DNA from: an uncultured Pseudomonadota bacterium
Lineage (GTDB): Bacteria > Pseudomonadota > Gammaproteobacteria > Burkholderiales > Casimicrobiaceae
Reading direction: 5' to 3'
Assembly: GCA_937898875.1 (NCBI GenBank)
Contig: CALDKM010000013.1
Span: forward strand, 1 to 51,236
DNA length: 51,236 bases
The notes beneath the pieces were generated by a model. That model was not told where the DNA came from. It did not search any database and was given only the letters and a program-made list of their open reading frames with translations. A program made the position numbers and the translations under genes. Below are positions 12,249 through 22,177 of this stretch, one piece after another; position 1 is the first letter of the stretch, and each line of letters starts with the position of its first letter.

Positions 12249-12977
12249 CTACCGGTCCGGAGCGGAATCGCGCTGCGACGCCTCGTCGCGCTGCACCCGT
12301 CGCCACTCGATCTCGAGGCCGATCAGGCGGGCGATCAGCACCGCGATGTAGAGCTGGCCGACGATCGCCTCGAACGTCGCGAGCGAGCGCACGTACGGGT
12401 GAACCGGCGTGACGTCGCCGTAACCGGTCGACGTCAGCGTGATGAAGCTGAAATAGGTGAACCGGTGCTCGATGGCCGACGCGTCGGCCGGCGTCCCTCC
12501 GACGGCGAACGAATGCGGCAGGTAGAGGGCGAGCAGCCGGTAGGCCTGCGAGAACACGAGGCCCAGCATCAGGAACGAGCCGCACGCGCCCATGATCCGG
12601 TGCATGTTGATGCGCCCGTCGCGCGTCGCGCGCTGCAGGAACAGCGCGCCCAGCGCGAGCGACAGGACCATCACCAGGGTCGAATCGATCGTGGCGAGCG
12701 CGCGCGACGGCGCGTGGTACTCGGCGAGGCGGGACACGACGGCCAGCACGAGCAGGACGAGCAGCGCCCGGACGAGCGGGCGCGGCTCGAAGAAAAGCGT
12801 CGCGCAGGCGATCAGGAACACGCCGAACGCGACGTCGAGCCACCCCTTGGCGATCGCGCCGACCTCCGCCATCGGGTAGACCGCGAACAGGAAGAGCGCG
12901 AGGATCGCGACCGTGATCGTGAGCCCGCCGTCGCCGCGGACGAACCGGTACGCGCGGGCGACGATCGGGAGCGGCAC
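12249..12977 (-). CDS. Potassium-channel-family (ion channel domain) membrane protein
   Basis: YFSFITLTSTGYGDVTP pore signature followed by EAIVGQLYIAVLIARLIG. Confidence 0.88.
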   Translation of the reverse strand: MPLPIVARAYRFVRGDGGLTITVAILALFLFAVYPMAEVGAIAKGWLDVAFGVFLIACATLFFEPRPLVRALLVLLVLAVVSRLAEYHAPSRALATIDSTLVMVLSLALGALFLQRATRDGRINMHRIMGACGSFLMLGLVFSQAYRLLALYLPHSFAVGGTPADASAIEHRFTYFSFITLTSTGYGDVTPVHPYVRSLATFEAIVGQLYIAVLIARLIGLEIEWRRVQRDEASQRDSAPDR

Positions 12978-12995
12978 GGCGTGAGGAAGGGTGGG

Positions 12996-13069
12996 TGGGC
13001 CCGGCTGGGATCGAACCAGCGACCAAACGATTATGAGTCGTCTGCTCTAACCGACTGAGCTACAGGCCC
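12996..13069 (-). tRNA. tRNA-Ile2 (CAU anticodon, lysidine-modified type)
   Basis: GGGCCTG TA GCTC AGTCGGTTA GAGC A GACGA CTCATAA TCGTT TGGTC GCTGG TTCGATC CCAGC CGGGCCC A. The anticodon arm resembles E. coli ileX. The discriminator is followed by CCCA rather than CCA. Confidence 0.93.
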
Positions 13070-13174
13070 GGTGCGCATGGAGGCGCGGCGTCACGCGGGC
13101 TTTACGGGGCGCCGGCGCGAGTATAGCGAATCGCCCGGTTCGAGGCGCCGGCCTCGGCTACACTCGCGGACCAG

Positions 13175-15844
13175 ATGCACCACTACCTGAGATCGCTGCT
13201 CAAGCCCGCTTCGTTCGCGCTGGTGGGCGCGTCCGAGCGCCCCGGCTCGTTCGGACGCGTCGTGCTCGAAAACGTCGCGGCGGCCGGCTACACGGGCGAT
13301 TTCTACGCCGTCAACCCGGCCCACCGCAAGCTGCTCGGCCAGCGGTCGTGGCGCAGCGTGCACGCGATCGGGAAGCCCGTCGAGCTGGTCGTGATCGCCG
13401 TTCCCTGCGGCGCGGTCCCCGGCGTGCTCGAGGACGCCGCGCGCGCGAAGGCGAAGGCCGCCGTCCTGCTGACCTCGGCGCCCGCGGGCGACCCGGCCGA
13501 GGCGAAGCGCTGGTCGAAGGACGTCGCGGCGATCGCCGCCAGGCACGGCATCCGGCTCGCCGGCCCTGGCGCCTTCGGCGTGATCCGCACCGACATGGGG
13601 CTCAACGCGACGGTCTCCGACGTGCCGGTGCTGCCCGGAAGGCTCGCGCTGGTCGCGCAATCCGGTGCCGTCTGCACGGCGATGCTCGATTTCGCGTACC
13701 CCGGCGGCATCGGCTTCTCGACCGTGCTCTCGCTGGGCGGCGTGATCGACGTCGACTACGGCGAACTGCTCGATGCGCTGCTCGCCGACGGGCAGACCGA
13801 CGGCATCCTGCTCTACATCGAGCAGGTGCACGACGCGCGACGGTTCATGTCGGCGCTGCGCGCCGCCGCGCGCACGAAGCCGGTCGTGATGCTCAAGGCC
13901 GGCCGGTCGGTCGAGGCCGTCGAACCGGTCGGACCGGCTGCCGACGCCGTTTTCGACGCGGCGATGCGGCGCGCGGGGACGGTTCGCGTGCGCACGTACA
14001 CGCAGCTGTTCGCGGCGGCCCGGCTGCTGGCGTCGGGCCGGATCCCGCGCGGCGACGGGATCGCGGTGGTCGCGAACGGCCGCGGGCCCGCGCTCCTCGC
14101 CGCGGACAGCGCGCGCGATGCGGGCATCCCGCTCGCGGAGTTCGACCCTCCTACGCTCGCGGCGCTCGACAGCCTCCTGCCCGAGGAGAGCGTGCGCGGC
14201 AATCCCGTGGACGTGCGCGGCGACGCGCCGCCGGAACGGTTCGCGGCCGCGGTCGGCGCGGTGCTCTCGGACCCCAACGTCGACGCCGTCATCGCGTTGC
14301 ACGTCCCCCGGCCGGTCGACCCGCCGACCGATGCGGCGCGCGCGGTCGCGGCCGTCGCGCGCGGCTCGCGCAAGCCGGTGCTCGCGGCGTGGCTGGGCGC
14401 GATCGACCGGCGCGAGGCGCGCGACGCGCTCGAGGCGGGCGGAATCGCGAACTTCTACACGCCGGAGAACGCGGTCGAGGCGTTCGCCTTCCTCGCGTCC
14501 TACCGTCGCCACCAGGAGCTGCTGCTCGAAGTCCCGCCGCCGATGCCGGATCCGGAGCCGGCGGACCTCGCGGTCGTCGCGCGCCTGCGCGATGCGATCG
14601 GCGATCGACGCACGCTGCCTGCGAGCGAGCTCGCGCAGCTGCTCGGCGCATTCGGGCTGCCGGTGCCGAAGATCGAGCGGGCCGACACGCTGGCCGACGC
14701 GCTTTCGATCGCGCGCCGCTTCCGCTATCCGGTGTCGCTCGCGGTCGACGCGCCGGTGCCGCTGCCGCTTCCGACCCGCGGTCCGGTGGCGAACGGCCGC
14801 GCGCTGGCCAAAGCGTACGGCATGCTGCTGGAGGACGCACGGACGATGCTGCGCGGGATCGGATGGGGCGGACACGTGTTCGTGCGGAAGTCGCCGCGGA
14901 TCGACCATGCGCGCGAGCTCGCGATCGGCGTGGCGCACGATCCCGTGTTCGGCCCGGTGATCACCTACGGCACGAGCGCCCGGCCGCCGCTGCCTCCCGG
15001 CGAGCGGGCGATCGCGCTCCCGCCGCTCAACCGCAGGCTCGCGATCGACCTCGTCACCGGCGAGCGCCGGTTGCGTGCCGCCGGCACGGGGGTCGCGAGC
15101 GAGGCGGAGCTCGAGCCGCTCGTGCGTTTGCTGCAGCGGTTGTCGGCGCTGGTCTGCGCCTGTCCCTGGGTGCACGAGCTCGACCTCGATCCGGTGCTCG
15201 TCGCGCCGGGGATCGCGGTGATCGGCGCCGCGCGCATCGTGGTCGACCCGCGGCGCAAGGCGCGCCGCGGCTACGGCCACATGGCGATCCACCCGTACCC
15301 GATCGAGCTCGAAGGCACGATACCGGTCAAGGGCGACAGGACGCTCGCGGTCCGCCCGATCCGTCCCGAGGACGCAGAGATGGAGAAGGCGTTCATCGCC
15401 GGTCTGTCGGAGGAGTCGCGCTACTTCCGCTTCTTCTACCGGCTGCACGAGCTGACGCCGCAGATGCTCGCGCGCTTCACCCAGGTCGACTACGACCGCG
15501 AGCTCGCCCTCGTCGCGCTCGCGCCGGACGGCGCGGGCGACGGCAGGAAGATCGTCGGCGTCGCGCGCTCGATCCGGAACCCGGACGGCGAGAGCGCGGA
15601 GTTCGCGGTCGTCGTCGACGACGCGTGGCAGGGCATGGGCGTAGCGCGCGGACTGATGCGGCTGCTGATCGACTGCGCGCGCCAGCGCGGGCTCGCGCGC
15701 CTCGAGGGCGCGGTGCTGCGCACGAACCACAGCATGCTGCGGTTCGTCCAGGCGCTCGGCTTCTCGATCGCCGACGATCCCGAAGACTCCGAGCAGGTGA
15801 TCGCCTCGCTCGAACTGCCGGGCGGCGGCGCCGCGATCGGGTAG
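13175..15844 (+). CDS. pat: Protein lysine acetyltransferase Pat/PatZ (acyl-CoA-synthetase-like domains plus C-terminal GNAT)
   Basis: LVGASERPGSFG, AQSGAVC, NPVDVRGDA, HMAIHPYP, VRPIRPEDA, SRYFRFF, TQVDYDRELALVA, WQGMGVAR. The phospho-His SHTG motif of true NDP-forming ligases is absent. Confidence 0.9.
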   Translation: MHHYLRSLLKPASFALVGASERPGSFGRVVLENVAAAGYTGDFYAVNPAHRKLLGQRSWRSVHAIGKPVELVVIAVPCGAVPGVLEDAARAKAKAAVLLTSAPAGDPAEAKRWSKDVAAIAARHGIRLAGPGAFGVIRTDMGLNATVSDVPVLPGRLALVAQSGAVCTAMLDFAYPGGIGFSTVLSLGGVIDVDYGELLDALLADGQTDGILLYIEQVHDARRFMSALRAAARTKPVVMLKAGRSVEAVEPVGPAADAVFDAAMRRAGTVRVRTYTQLFAAARLLASGRIPRGDGIAVVANGRGPALLAADSARDAGIPLAEFDPPTLAALDSLLPEESVRGNPVDVRGDAPPERFAAAVGAVLSDPNVDAVIALHVPRPVDPPTDAARAVAAVARGSRKPVLAAWLGAIDRREARDALEAGGIANFYTPENAVEAFAFLASYRRHQELLLEVPPPMPDPEPADLAVVARLRDAIGDRRTLPASELAQLLGAFGLPVPKIERADTLADALSIARRFRYPVSLAVDAPVPLPLPTRGPVANGRALAKAYGMLLEDARTMLRGIGWGGHVFVRKSPRIDHARELAIGVAHDPVFGPVITYGTSARPPLPPGERAIALPPLNRRLAIDLVTGERRLRAAGTGVASEAELEPLVRLLQRLSALVCACPWVHELDLDPVLVAPGIAVIGAARIVVDPRRKARRGYGHMAIHPYPIELEGTIPVKGDRTLAVRPIRPEDAEMEKAFIAGLSEESRYFRFFYRLHELTPQMLARFTQVDYDRELALVALAPDGAGDGRKIVGVARSIRNPDGESAEFAVVVDDAWQGMGVARGLMRLLIDCARQRGLARLEGAVLRTNHSMLRFVQALGFSIADDPEDSEQVIASLELPGGGAAIG

Positions 15845-15881
15845 ACTGTCGCCAGCATGTCGGCGCAGGGAAAGGCAAGCC

Positions 15882-16307
15882 ATGAAGGTTCTGATCGCCA
15901 CCGACGGTTCGAAGCACGCGCTCGACGCGCTCGAAGCGTTCCTCTCGAAGCTCGCCTGGTTCCGCGAGGCGCCGTCGGTCGAGCTCGTCCACGTCCATCC
16001 GCCGATTCCCTATGGCCGCGCCGCGGCGTGGGCGGGCAGGGAGGCGGTCGAGCGGTACTACTCGGAGGAGAGCGACGAGGCGCTCAAGCTGGCGGCCGAG
16101 ACCCTGACCAAGCGCGGGGTGGCGTTCCACCCGGTGAAGCTCGTCGGCGATCCCGGCCACGAGATCGTGCGCCACGCGCAGGCGTCCGGCTGCGACCTCG
16201 TCGCGATGGGAACGCACGGCCACACGGCGATGGCGAACCTCGTGATGGGTTCGGTCGCGACGAAGGTGATCGCCGGGTCCAGGGTGCCGGTGCTGCTCCT
16301 CAAGTAG
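15882..16307 (+). CDS. Universal stress protein (UspA family)
   Basis: KVLIATDGS...VAMGTHGH...MGSVATKVI...VPVLLLK. Confidence 0.95.
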   Translation: MKVLIATDGSKHALDALEAFLSKLAWFREAPSVELVHVHPPIPYGRAAAWAGREAVERYYSEESDEALKLAAETLTKRGVAFHPVKLVGDPGHEIVRHAQASGCDLVAMGTHGHTAMANLVMGSVATKVIAGSRVPVLLLK

Positions 16308-16331
16308 CGCGCGGGCCGCGCGCCGGCGCGT

Positions 16332-16910
16332 TCAGCGCGGCTTCGCGAACGGCCACATCAGCGCGAGCGTGTTGTCGCGCATCACATAGTGGTGCCACAG
16401 CGCCGCCGCGGCGTGCAGGCCGACGAGCGCGTACCCGGCCTGTCCCGCGACCTCGTGGATCTTCTCGAGCGGCTTGACCCACGCCTTGTCGGGCCCGATC
16501 GGCATCGGCAACGGGATGCCGGCAAGCGTGATCGGCCGGCCCTCGGCGCCCACGGCGAGCCATCCCAGCAGAGGCAGCGCGATCATCAGCGCGTAGAGCG
16601 CGACGTGGGCGAGCTTCGCGACCCGCTCCTGCCAGGGCGGTGGCGGCGGGGCGATTCCGGGGGGGCGCGTCGAGGCGCGTACGAGCAGGCGAACGAACAC
16701 CGCCGCCAGCACCGCGAGCCCGAGTCCGTAGTGCCACAGCCGCATGGCGGCGCGCTCCGGGCTCGCTTTCGGGAACAGGTCGCGCAACTCCATCGTCGCA
16801 TAGGCGCCGATCATCAGCAGGAGCACGAGCCAGTGCAGCGCGATGACGCCGCCGGCATAGCGCGCCGGGCGGGAAACGGCAACGGGGTCGGCGGAGGACG
16901 AGGCGGGCAT
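16332..16910 (-). CDS. Cytochrome b561 (CybB/YceJ family)
   Basis: IALHWL, WHYGLG, AHVALY, IHE..LHAAAALWHHYVMRDNTL. Four TM helices with heme-ligating His. Confidence 0.9.
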   Translation of the reverse strand: MPASSSADPVAVSRPARYAGGVIALHWLVLLLMIGAYATMELRDLFPKASPERAAMRLWHYGLGLAVLAAVFVRLLVRASTRPPGIAPPPPPWQERVAKLAHVALYALMIALPLLGWLAVGAEGRPITLAGIPLPMPIGPDKAWVKPLEKIHEVAGQAGYALVGLHAAAALWHHYVMRDNTLALMWPFAKPR

Positions 16911-17018
16911 GGCGGCGAAGCCTGCGTTGCGGGCGCGGCGTGCAGTGCGCATGCTAGCCTCGCCGTTCCGGTCCGGCAACCGCGCCTCGGCTGCCTCGCA
17001 GGTATGCTTGCGCCCACG

Positions 17019-17846
17019 ATGCCACCGACGCGCGCGAGACGCCGTGCCCTGCGGACCCTCGCTGCCGCGATGGTGCTGGCGGCATGCGCCGCGCCGTCGG
17101 GGCCGATACGCAGCCTCGACGCGGCCGCTCCGCGTGTGCTGCTGCTGGGCGAGGTTCACGACAATCCCGACGGGCACGCGCGACGCTACGCGTGGCTCGT
17201 GGCGCGCGTCGACGCCGGCTGGCGTCCGACGATCGCGATGGAGCAGTTCGACCGCGACCGGCAGGCCGACCTCGACCGTGCGCTCGCCGAGTGCGCCGAC
17301 GCCGCCTGCGTGATCCGGCGCGCGGAGCCCGACGGCCAGCGCTGGGAGTGGCCGCTCTATGCGCCGGTGATCGAGCTCGCGCTCGCCCGCAGGCTGCCGC
17401 TGCGCGCGGCCAATCTCTCGCGGGCCGACGCGTCGCGCGTCGTGCGCGAGGGTTACCGCGCCGCGCTCGACGACGCGACCATCGCCTCGTTCGGCCTCGA
17501 CCGCCCGCTGGCGCGCGATCTTGCCGACGGGCAGCGGCGCGCGATCGACGACGGTCACTGCCATCAGCTCCCGGCGTCGACCGCGGAGGGCATGGTGCGC
17601 GCGCAGGTCGCGCGCGACGTCTGGATGGCGAAGGTGGTGGCCGCGGAGGCGGAGCGCGGCGACGGCATCGCGCTCCTGGCGGGCAACGGCCACGTGCGTC
17701 GCGATCTCGGCGTACCGCGCTGGCTGGAGGGAACGGCCGCTGCCCGCGCGTTCAGCGTCGGCTTCGTCGAGGAGCCGGCCGAAGGCACGTTCGACGAGCG
17801 CGTGGCGATCGCTCCGCACGCGCGCGTCGACCCCTGCGCGAAATAG
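17019..17846 (+). CDS. ChaN-family lipoprotein (heme-uptake-associated)
   Basis: Lipobox LAAC. LLGEVHDNPDGH, MEQFD, AQVARDVWMA, LLAGNGHVRRDLGVP. Confidence 0.85.
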   Translation: MPPTRARRRALRTLAAAMVLAACAAPSGPIRSLDAAAPRVLLLGEVHDNPDGHARRYAWLVARVDAGWRPTIAMEQFDRDRQADLDRALAECADAACVIRRAEPDGQRWEWPLYAPVIELALARRLPLRAANLSRADASRVVREGYRAALDDATIASFGLDRPLARDLADGQRRAIDDGHCHQLPASTAEGMVRAQVARDVWMAKVVAAEAERGDGIALLAGNGHVRRDLGVPRWLEGTAAARAFSVGFVEEPAEGTFDERVAIAPHARVDPCAK

Positions 17847-17853
17847 CCCGATC

Positions 17854-18645
17854 CTACGCGGCGAAGCGCACGACGGCGTCGACGAACGCGGCAGGCTGCT
17901 CGGTGTGCACCGCGTGCGCGGCGCCCTCGACGACGGCGAACGCCGCGCCGGGAATCCGGCGCGCGAACGCCTCGCATTCGTCAGCGGGGAACAGGACGTC
18001 CTCGCGCCCGGCGACGACGAGCGTCGGAACCGCGATCGCGGCGAGGTCCGCGCCACCGTCGTGCGAGACCACCGCCACGGCCTGCCGCCGGAACCCGGGC
18101 GCGGATTGCGGATACGGGTAGTCGAGCGCCCATGCCATGACGGCATCCGCCTTCGCGGGATCGCCGAGGAACCGCTTCGTGAAGATCGCCTCGAACAGGC
18201 GTCGGAACCAGCGCTCGCGATCTTCCCCCGCCTCGAGCCGCGTGGCCAAGTCCTCGAAGATCGCCGCGCCGAGCGCGCCGGCGCGCGTGCCGGTGGCGAC
18301 GAGAACCAGTCGGTCGACGAGGGCGGGATGGCGGACCGCGATCCGTTGCGCGACGAATCCGCCCATCGAGTGGCCGAGCACGCTCGCGCGATCGACGCCC
18401 AGGTGCCGGAGCAGCGCCGCGCAGTCGTCCGCGATCGCGTCGATCGAGCAGGGGCCGTCCTGCGGGCGCGTGCGCCCGGCGCCGCGGTTGTCGGGCATGA
18501 TCGTGCGGAACCGCGCCGCCAGCGGGGTCGCGACCGGCAGCCAAGAGAACGAGTCCGACGCGATGCCCGCGACGAGCAGCAGCGGCGGGCCGCTGCCGCA
18601 GTGCTCGTAGTGCAGCGAGAGGTCGGGGAGTTCCAGCGCGGGCAT
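17854..18645 (-). CDS. Alpha/beta fold hydrolase
   Basis: DNRGAG, nucleophile elbow GHSMGG, GREDVL, GAAHAVHTE. Confidence 0.92.
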   Translation of the reverse strand: MPALELPDLSLHYEHCGSGPPLLLVAGIASDSFSWLPVATPLAARFRTIMPDNRGAGRTRPQDGPCSIDAIADDCAALLRHLGVDRASVLGHSMGGFVAQRIAVRHPALVDRLVLVATGTRAGALGAAIFEDLATRLEAGEDRERWFRRLFEAIFTKRFLGDPAKADAVMAWALDYPYPQSAPGFRRQAVAVVSHDGGADLAAIAVPTLVVAGREDVLFPADECEAFARRIPGAAFAVVEGAAHAVHTEQPAAFVDAVVRFAA

Positions 18646-18903
18646 GGACGGGAGGCAACGGCGCGACGCGCAAGTGTAGGGCCCGCCGGCGTTTCCCGGG
18701 CCCCGCGAGCGTCCCTGCAGCGTCGAAGGGCCCTGGCGGTTCCCGCACGCAGGCACGCTCCGCCGCGAATGCGCCGGATGACCGCGGCGCTTCGCGTCGA
18801 TGGCGTGCGACGGCATCGGATACACTGGCCAGCCGTCCCGGCCGGGTGCGACGCGCGATACCGCCTGCGCATCCTCCGGACCCTGCCGCGCGCGCGCCGA
18901 GCC

Positions 18904-20121
18904 ATGTCCCCTTCCGCCGTCGATTCGCCCCAGTCCTGGACGCGCCTCGCCGTCGCGCTCGCGATCGCCACGATCGGCGGCGTGGGCATGTGGTCCGTCG
19001 TCGTGGTGCTGCCCGCGGTCCAGGCGGAATTCGGCGTCGCGCGTGCGGCGGCGTCGCTCCCGTACACGCTCACGATGCTCGGTTTCGGCGCCGCGGGCAT
19101 CGCGGTCGGACGATGGTCGGACCGATTCGGCATCATGCGCCCGGTCCTCGCCGCTTCGGTCGCGCTCTCCGTCGGCTACGTCGCGTCGGGATACGCGACG
19201 ACGCTCACCGGGTTCGCGCTCGCGCAGGGACTGCTGATCGGTGCGGGCAGCTCGGTGACGTTCGGTCCGCTGATCGCGCACGTGTCGATGTGGTTCGAGC
19301 GGCGGCGCGGCATCGCGGTCGCGGTCGTCGCGAGCGGCAACTATCTCGCCGGCGCCGTCTGGCCGCCGATCGTGCAGCACTTCACGGAGACCGCCGGCTG
19401 GCGGGCGGCGTACTTCGGCGTCGGCGTGTTCGTGCTCGCGACGATGCTGCCGCTCGCGCGGCTCCTTCGCCGTCCGCCGCCCGCGCACGCCGCGCGGTCC
19501 GGGGGCGCGCCTGCCTCGACGCACGCCTCGCGGCAGGCACTCGGCCTCTCGGGCGGCACGCTGCAACTGCTGCTGGTGGTCGCGGGGGTGGCCTGCTGCG
19601 TCGCGATGGCGATGCCGCAGGTCCACGTCGTCGCGTACTGCGCCGACCTGGGCTACGGACCCGCGCGCGGCGCGCAGATGCTCTCGCTGATGCTCGCCTG
19701 CGGGATCGTCAGCCGCATCACGTTCGGCTTCATCAGCGACCGCATAGGGGGGCTGCGCACGCTGCTGCTCGGCTCGGCGCTGCAGTGCGTCGCGCTCGTG
19801 CTGTTCCTGCCGTTCGACGGGCTGGTGTCGCTGTTCCTGATCTCGGCGCTGTTCGGGCTCTTCCAGGGCGGCATCGTGCCGTCCTACGCGATCGTCGTGC
19901 GCGAGTACTTCCCGCCGGCCGAGGCGGGCGGCCGCATCGGCCTCGTCGTCATGGCGACCCTCGTCGGCATGGCGCTAGGCGGCTGGGTGTCGGGCGCGAT
20001 CTTCGACCTCACGGGCTCCTATCGCGCGGCGTTCGTCCACGGCATCGCGTGGAACCTCGTCAACCTGTCGATCGCGTCGTGGCTGCTGATGCGCACGCGC
20101 ATGCGGACGGCGCCGGCCTGA
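18904..20121 (+). CDS. MFS transporter
   Basis: About 12 TM helices. GRWSDRFG and GFISDRIGG motif A, WFERRRGIA. Confidence 0.92.
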   Translation: MSPSAVDSPQSWTRLAVALAIATIGGVGMWSVVVVLPAVQAEFGVARAAASLPYTLTMLGFGAAGIAVGRWSDRFGIMRPVLAASVALSVGYVASGYATTLTGFALAQGLLIGAGSSVTFGPLIAHVSMWFERRRGIAVAVVASGNYLAGAVWPPIVQHFTETAGWRAAYFGVGVFVLATMLPLARLLRRPPPAHAARSGGAPASTHASRQALGLSGGTLQLLLVVAGVACCVAMAMPQVHVVAYCADLGYGPARGAQMLSLMLACGIVSRITFGFISDRIGGLRTLLLGSALQCVALVLFLPFDGLVSLFLISALFGLFQGGIVPSYAIVVREYFPPAEAGGRIGLVVMATLVGMALGGWVSGAIFDLTGSYRAAFVHGIAWNLVNLSIASWLLMRTRMRTAPA

Positions 20122-20248
20122 ACGGGGTCGCGCGCGCGGATGGTGCGGCGCCGCGGCGCACGAATCCTTCGCGGTGACGGACCATCGCCGGGGAAGCGGC
20201 CCTATCCGGCCCTTCCTTGACCGCCGGGCGCGGGCAATGGCGCGCGGG

Positions 20249-20289
20249 TTGATCCGGGTCAATTTCCGGGACGGGAGCGCTGCTAGCCT
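20249..20289 (+). promoter_or_regulatory. FNR-type box plus extended -10 upstream of hypothetical gene
   Basis: TTGAT-ccgg-GTCAA at 20249-20262 and TGcTAGCCT at 20281-20289. Confidence 0.65.
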
Positions 20290-20328
20290 CTTACCGTACA
20301 CGGTGCGAACCGCGGTATCGGAGGGGCG

Positions 20329-20733
20329 ATGGGGACGGCGACGATGCAGCCGACGAGCGTGTTCCTGGCCACCGGCCCGCTCTACGCAATGCGGCGCACG
20401 GGCCAGGACATCGAGACGCGGCCGGCATGGTACGCGTCGCTCTTCGACCGGAATCCCGGGCTGGAGCAGGCGGTCGCCGACTTCTCGCACGCGTGGCGTG
20501 CCCGAAGCCGCTGCGTCGCGATGGCGGCGCTGATGGCGCGCCGCCCTTCGCCGCCGCGTCTCGATCCGGTGACGTTCCTGCGGTTGGTGGGCCGCGACGT
20601 GCGCGAGCATCCCGACAACTGGGCGCACGACATCGAGGCGTCTCCCGACCTCGGCCGCGATCTCGCGCGCCTGTCGCGCGCGCTCTCGCAGTCCGTCGCG
20701 GCGCTCGCGCGCGAGGGCGGGCGCGCTACCTGA
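20329..20733 (+). CDS. Hypothetical protein
   Basis: GGAGGGG RBS, upstream promoter-like signals and protein-like composition. No family recognised. Confidence 0.6.
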   Translation: MGTATMQPTSVFLATGPLYAMRRTGQDIETRPAWYASLFDRNPGLEQAVADFSHAWRARSRCVAMAALMARRPSPPRLDPVTFLRLVGRDVREHPDNWAHDIEASPDLGRDLARLSRALSQSVAALAREGGRAT

Positions 20734-21133
20734 GCGAGACGCAGGCGGGCAGCCTCACGCGCAGCACCGCCTCCTGCTCGAACCGCTTCCGGTAGTCGGT
20801 CATCACCTCGCGCACCGCGCGCTCCGAATCCGCCGAGCTGGCGTGCACGAGCTGCAGCACGTAGGACGCCTCGTGCTCTAGCTTCCCGGTCTCGGAGCGC
20901 CACTGCCCCGACGCTCGCCACGACGTGATCCCCTGCGGGAAGCGCGGCGTCACGCCCGTCGCGAGGAAGTCCTGCCATTCGTCCGCGGAAACGACGCCGC
21001 CCGGCTTGTTCGTGCCGAAGTAGAGGGTGTCGGCGACGACGGCCTCCTCTCCGGGGCGGCAGATCGGGAAGGGCGCGACCGTGCACGCCGCGAGGGCGAG
21101 TGCGCCGGCCAGAGTGAGGGCGTGTCGAAGCAT
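20726..21133 (-). CDS. DUF3574-family lipoprotein
   Basis: Lipobox LAAC. LYFGT..VSADEWQDFL..VTPRFPQGIT..GQWR..YRKRFEQEAVLRV. Confidence 0.85.
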   Translation of the reverse strand: MLRHALTLAGALALAACTVAPFPICRPGEEAVVADTLYFGTNKPGGVVSADEWQDFLATGVTPRFPQGITSWRASGQWRSETGKLEHEASYVLQLVHASSADSERAVREVMTDYRKRFEQEAVLRVRLPACVSLR

Positions 21134-21268
21134 TGGTCGAGCGTCCGGCGCCGCAGCCGACCACGGCGGACGGCGGGCCAGCGCTCCTGCGCCGATGCTA
21201 CAGCGATCCGGCCGGGCGGTGGAGCGTTCCCGCCGTGCCGCGGCGAGCGCCCTCGCGCCCCTGCGCGC

Positions 21269-22057
21269 TCAATGCAGCGTCCGGCTCCCCGGAGGCTCGG
21301 TCGATCCCGGCGCGGCGATCGCATGGAGGCGCCCGCCGTCCTGGATCCAGCGCGCGACGTCGGGCGCGGCCGGTTCGGTCGGTTCGGCCGGGCCCGGCCC
21401 GCGCGACTCGTGGTCCAGATCGACGGCCCCTTCGTTCTCCCAGTCGTAGCGCACCTTCGGCACGACGTCCCGATGTCGCAGGATCACCGCGAGCGCGAGA
21501 CCGATCAGTGCGGCGGCGAGGTGCGTTTCCCACGAATGCCCGCGCTGGATCGGCAGCACGCCCCACACCGACGCGCCGTACATGAACGCGACGAGCAGCG
21601 ACGCCGCGATCGCCCGGCGGTCGCGGCGGACGAGCCCCGCCGCGAACACGCAGGCCGCGAGGCCGTAGATGAGCCCGCTCGCGCCGACGTGGACGCCGCC
21701 TCGCGCGAACAGCCAGACCGCGATGCCGGGGCCGAGCCAGATCGCGGGCAGCACGACGCGACTCGACTGCGGGTACAGGTGCAGCATCGCGATCGAGGCG
21801 ACGGCGAGCGGCAGCGTGTTCGCGACCAGGTGGTCGAATCCGGCGTGCACGAGCGGCGCGAACAGGACGCCCGCGAGTCCGCCGAGCGTGCGCGGCCGGA
21901 CGCCGAAGGGCACGACGTCGAGGTCGAGGCCCCAGTTCGTGAGCTGGATCGCCCAGAGCAACCCGACGAACGCGAGCGAGAGACGCACCGCGAGGTGGAA
22001 GCCGGCCCGCGCGCTCCGCGAGCCGGTGTAGCGGGGATGCGGCGTCTCGAAGTCCAT
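21269..22057 (-). CDS. Rhomboid family intramembrane serine protease
   Basis: HAGFDHLVAN, catalytic GASG, SWETHL. Confidence 0.92.
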   Translation of the reverse strand: MDFETPHPRYTGSRSARAGFHLAVRLSLAFVGLLWAIQLTNWGLDLDVVPFGVRPRTLGGLAGVLFAPLVHAGFDHLVANTLPLAVASIAMLHLYPQSSRVVLPAIWLGPGIAVWLFARGGVHVGASGLIYGLAACVFAAGLVRRDRRAIAASLLVAFMYGASVWGVLPIQRGHSWETHLAAALIGLALAVILRHRDVVPKVRYDWENEGAVDLDHESRGPGPAEPTEPAAPDVARWIQDGGRLHAIAAPGSTEPPGSRTLH

Positions 22058-22177
22058 GGGGGCGGATCGCGATCCCCCGCGAGCTGCGGGATCGATCGAA
22101 GCATAATCGGTCCTGATCGGCGCGTTTCAACCCCGGGGCCGGTCGGCCGGGCGGCGTCCGCCGGCGAGGCGCCGCGT

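Noticed and set aside
12996-13069. tRNA-Met call from the CAT anticodon
   Set aside because: It lacks initiator features (C1 mismatch, three G-C pairs in the anticodon stem), and the anticodon arm resembles the ileX-type tRNA-Ile2.
13175-15844. Active ADP-forming acetate-CoA ligase
   Set aside because: The catalytic SHTG His region is missing and a GNAT domain is fused, which fits a Pat-type acetyltransferase.
21269-22057. Rhomboid as the sorting enzyme for the IPTL-CTERM protein
   Set aside because: Rhombosortases act on GlyGly-CTERM. This looks like a generic rhomboid and lies 15 kb away.
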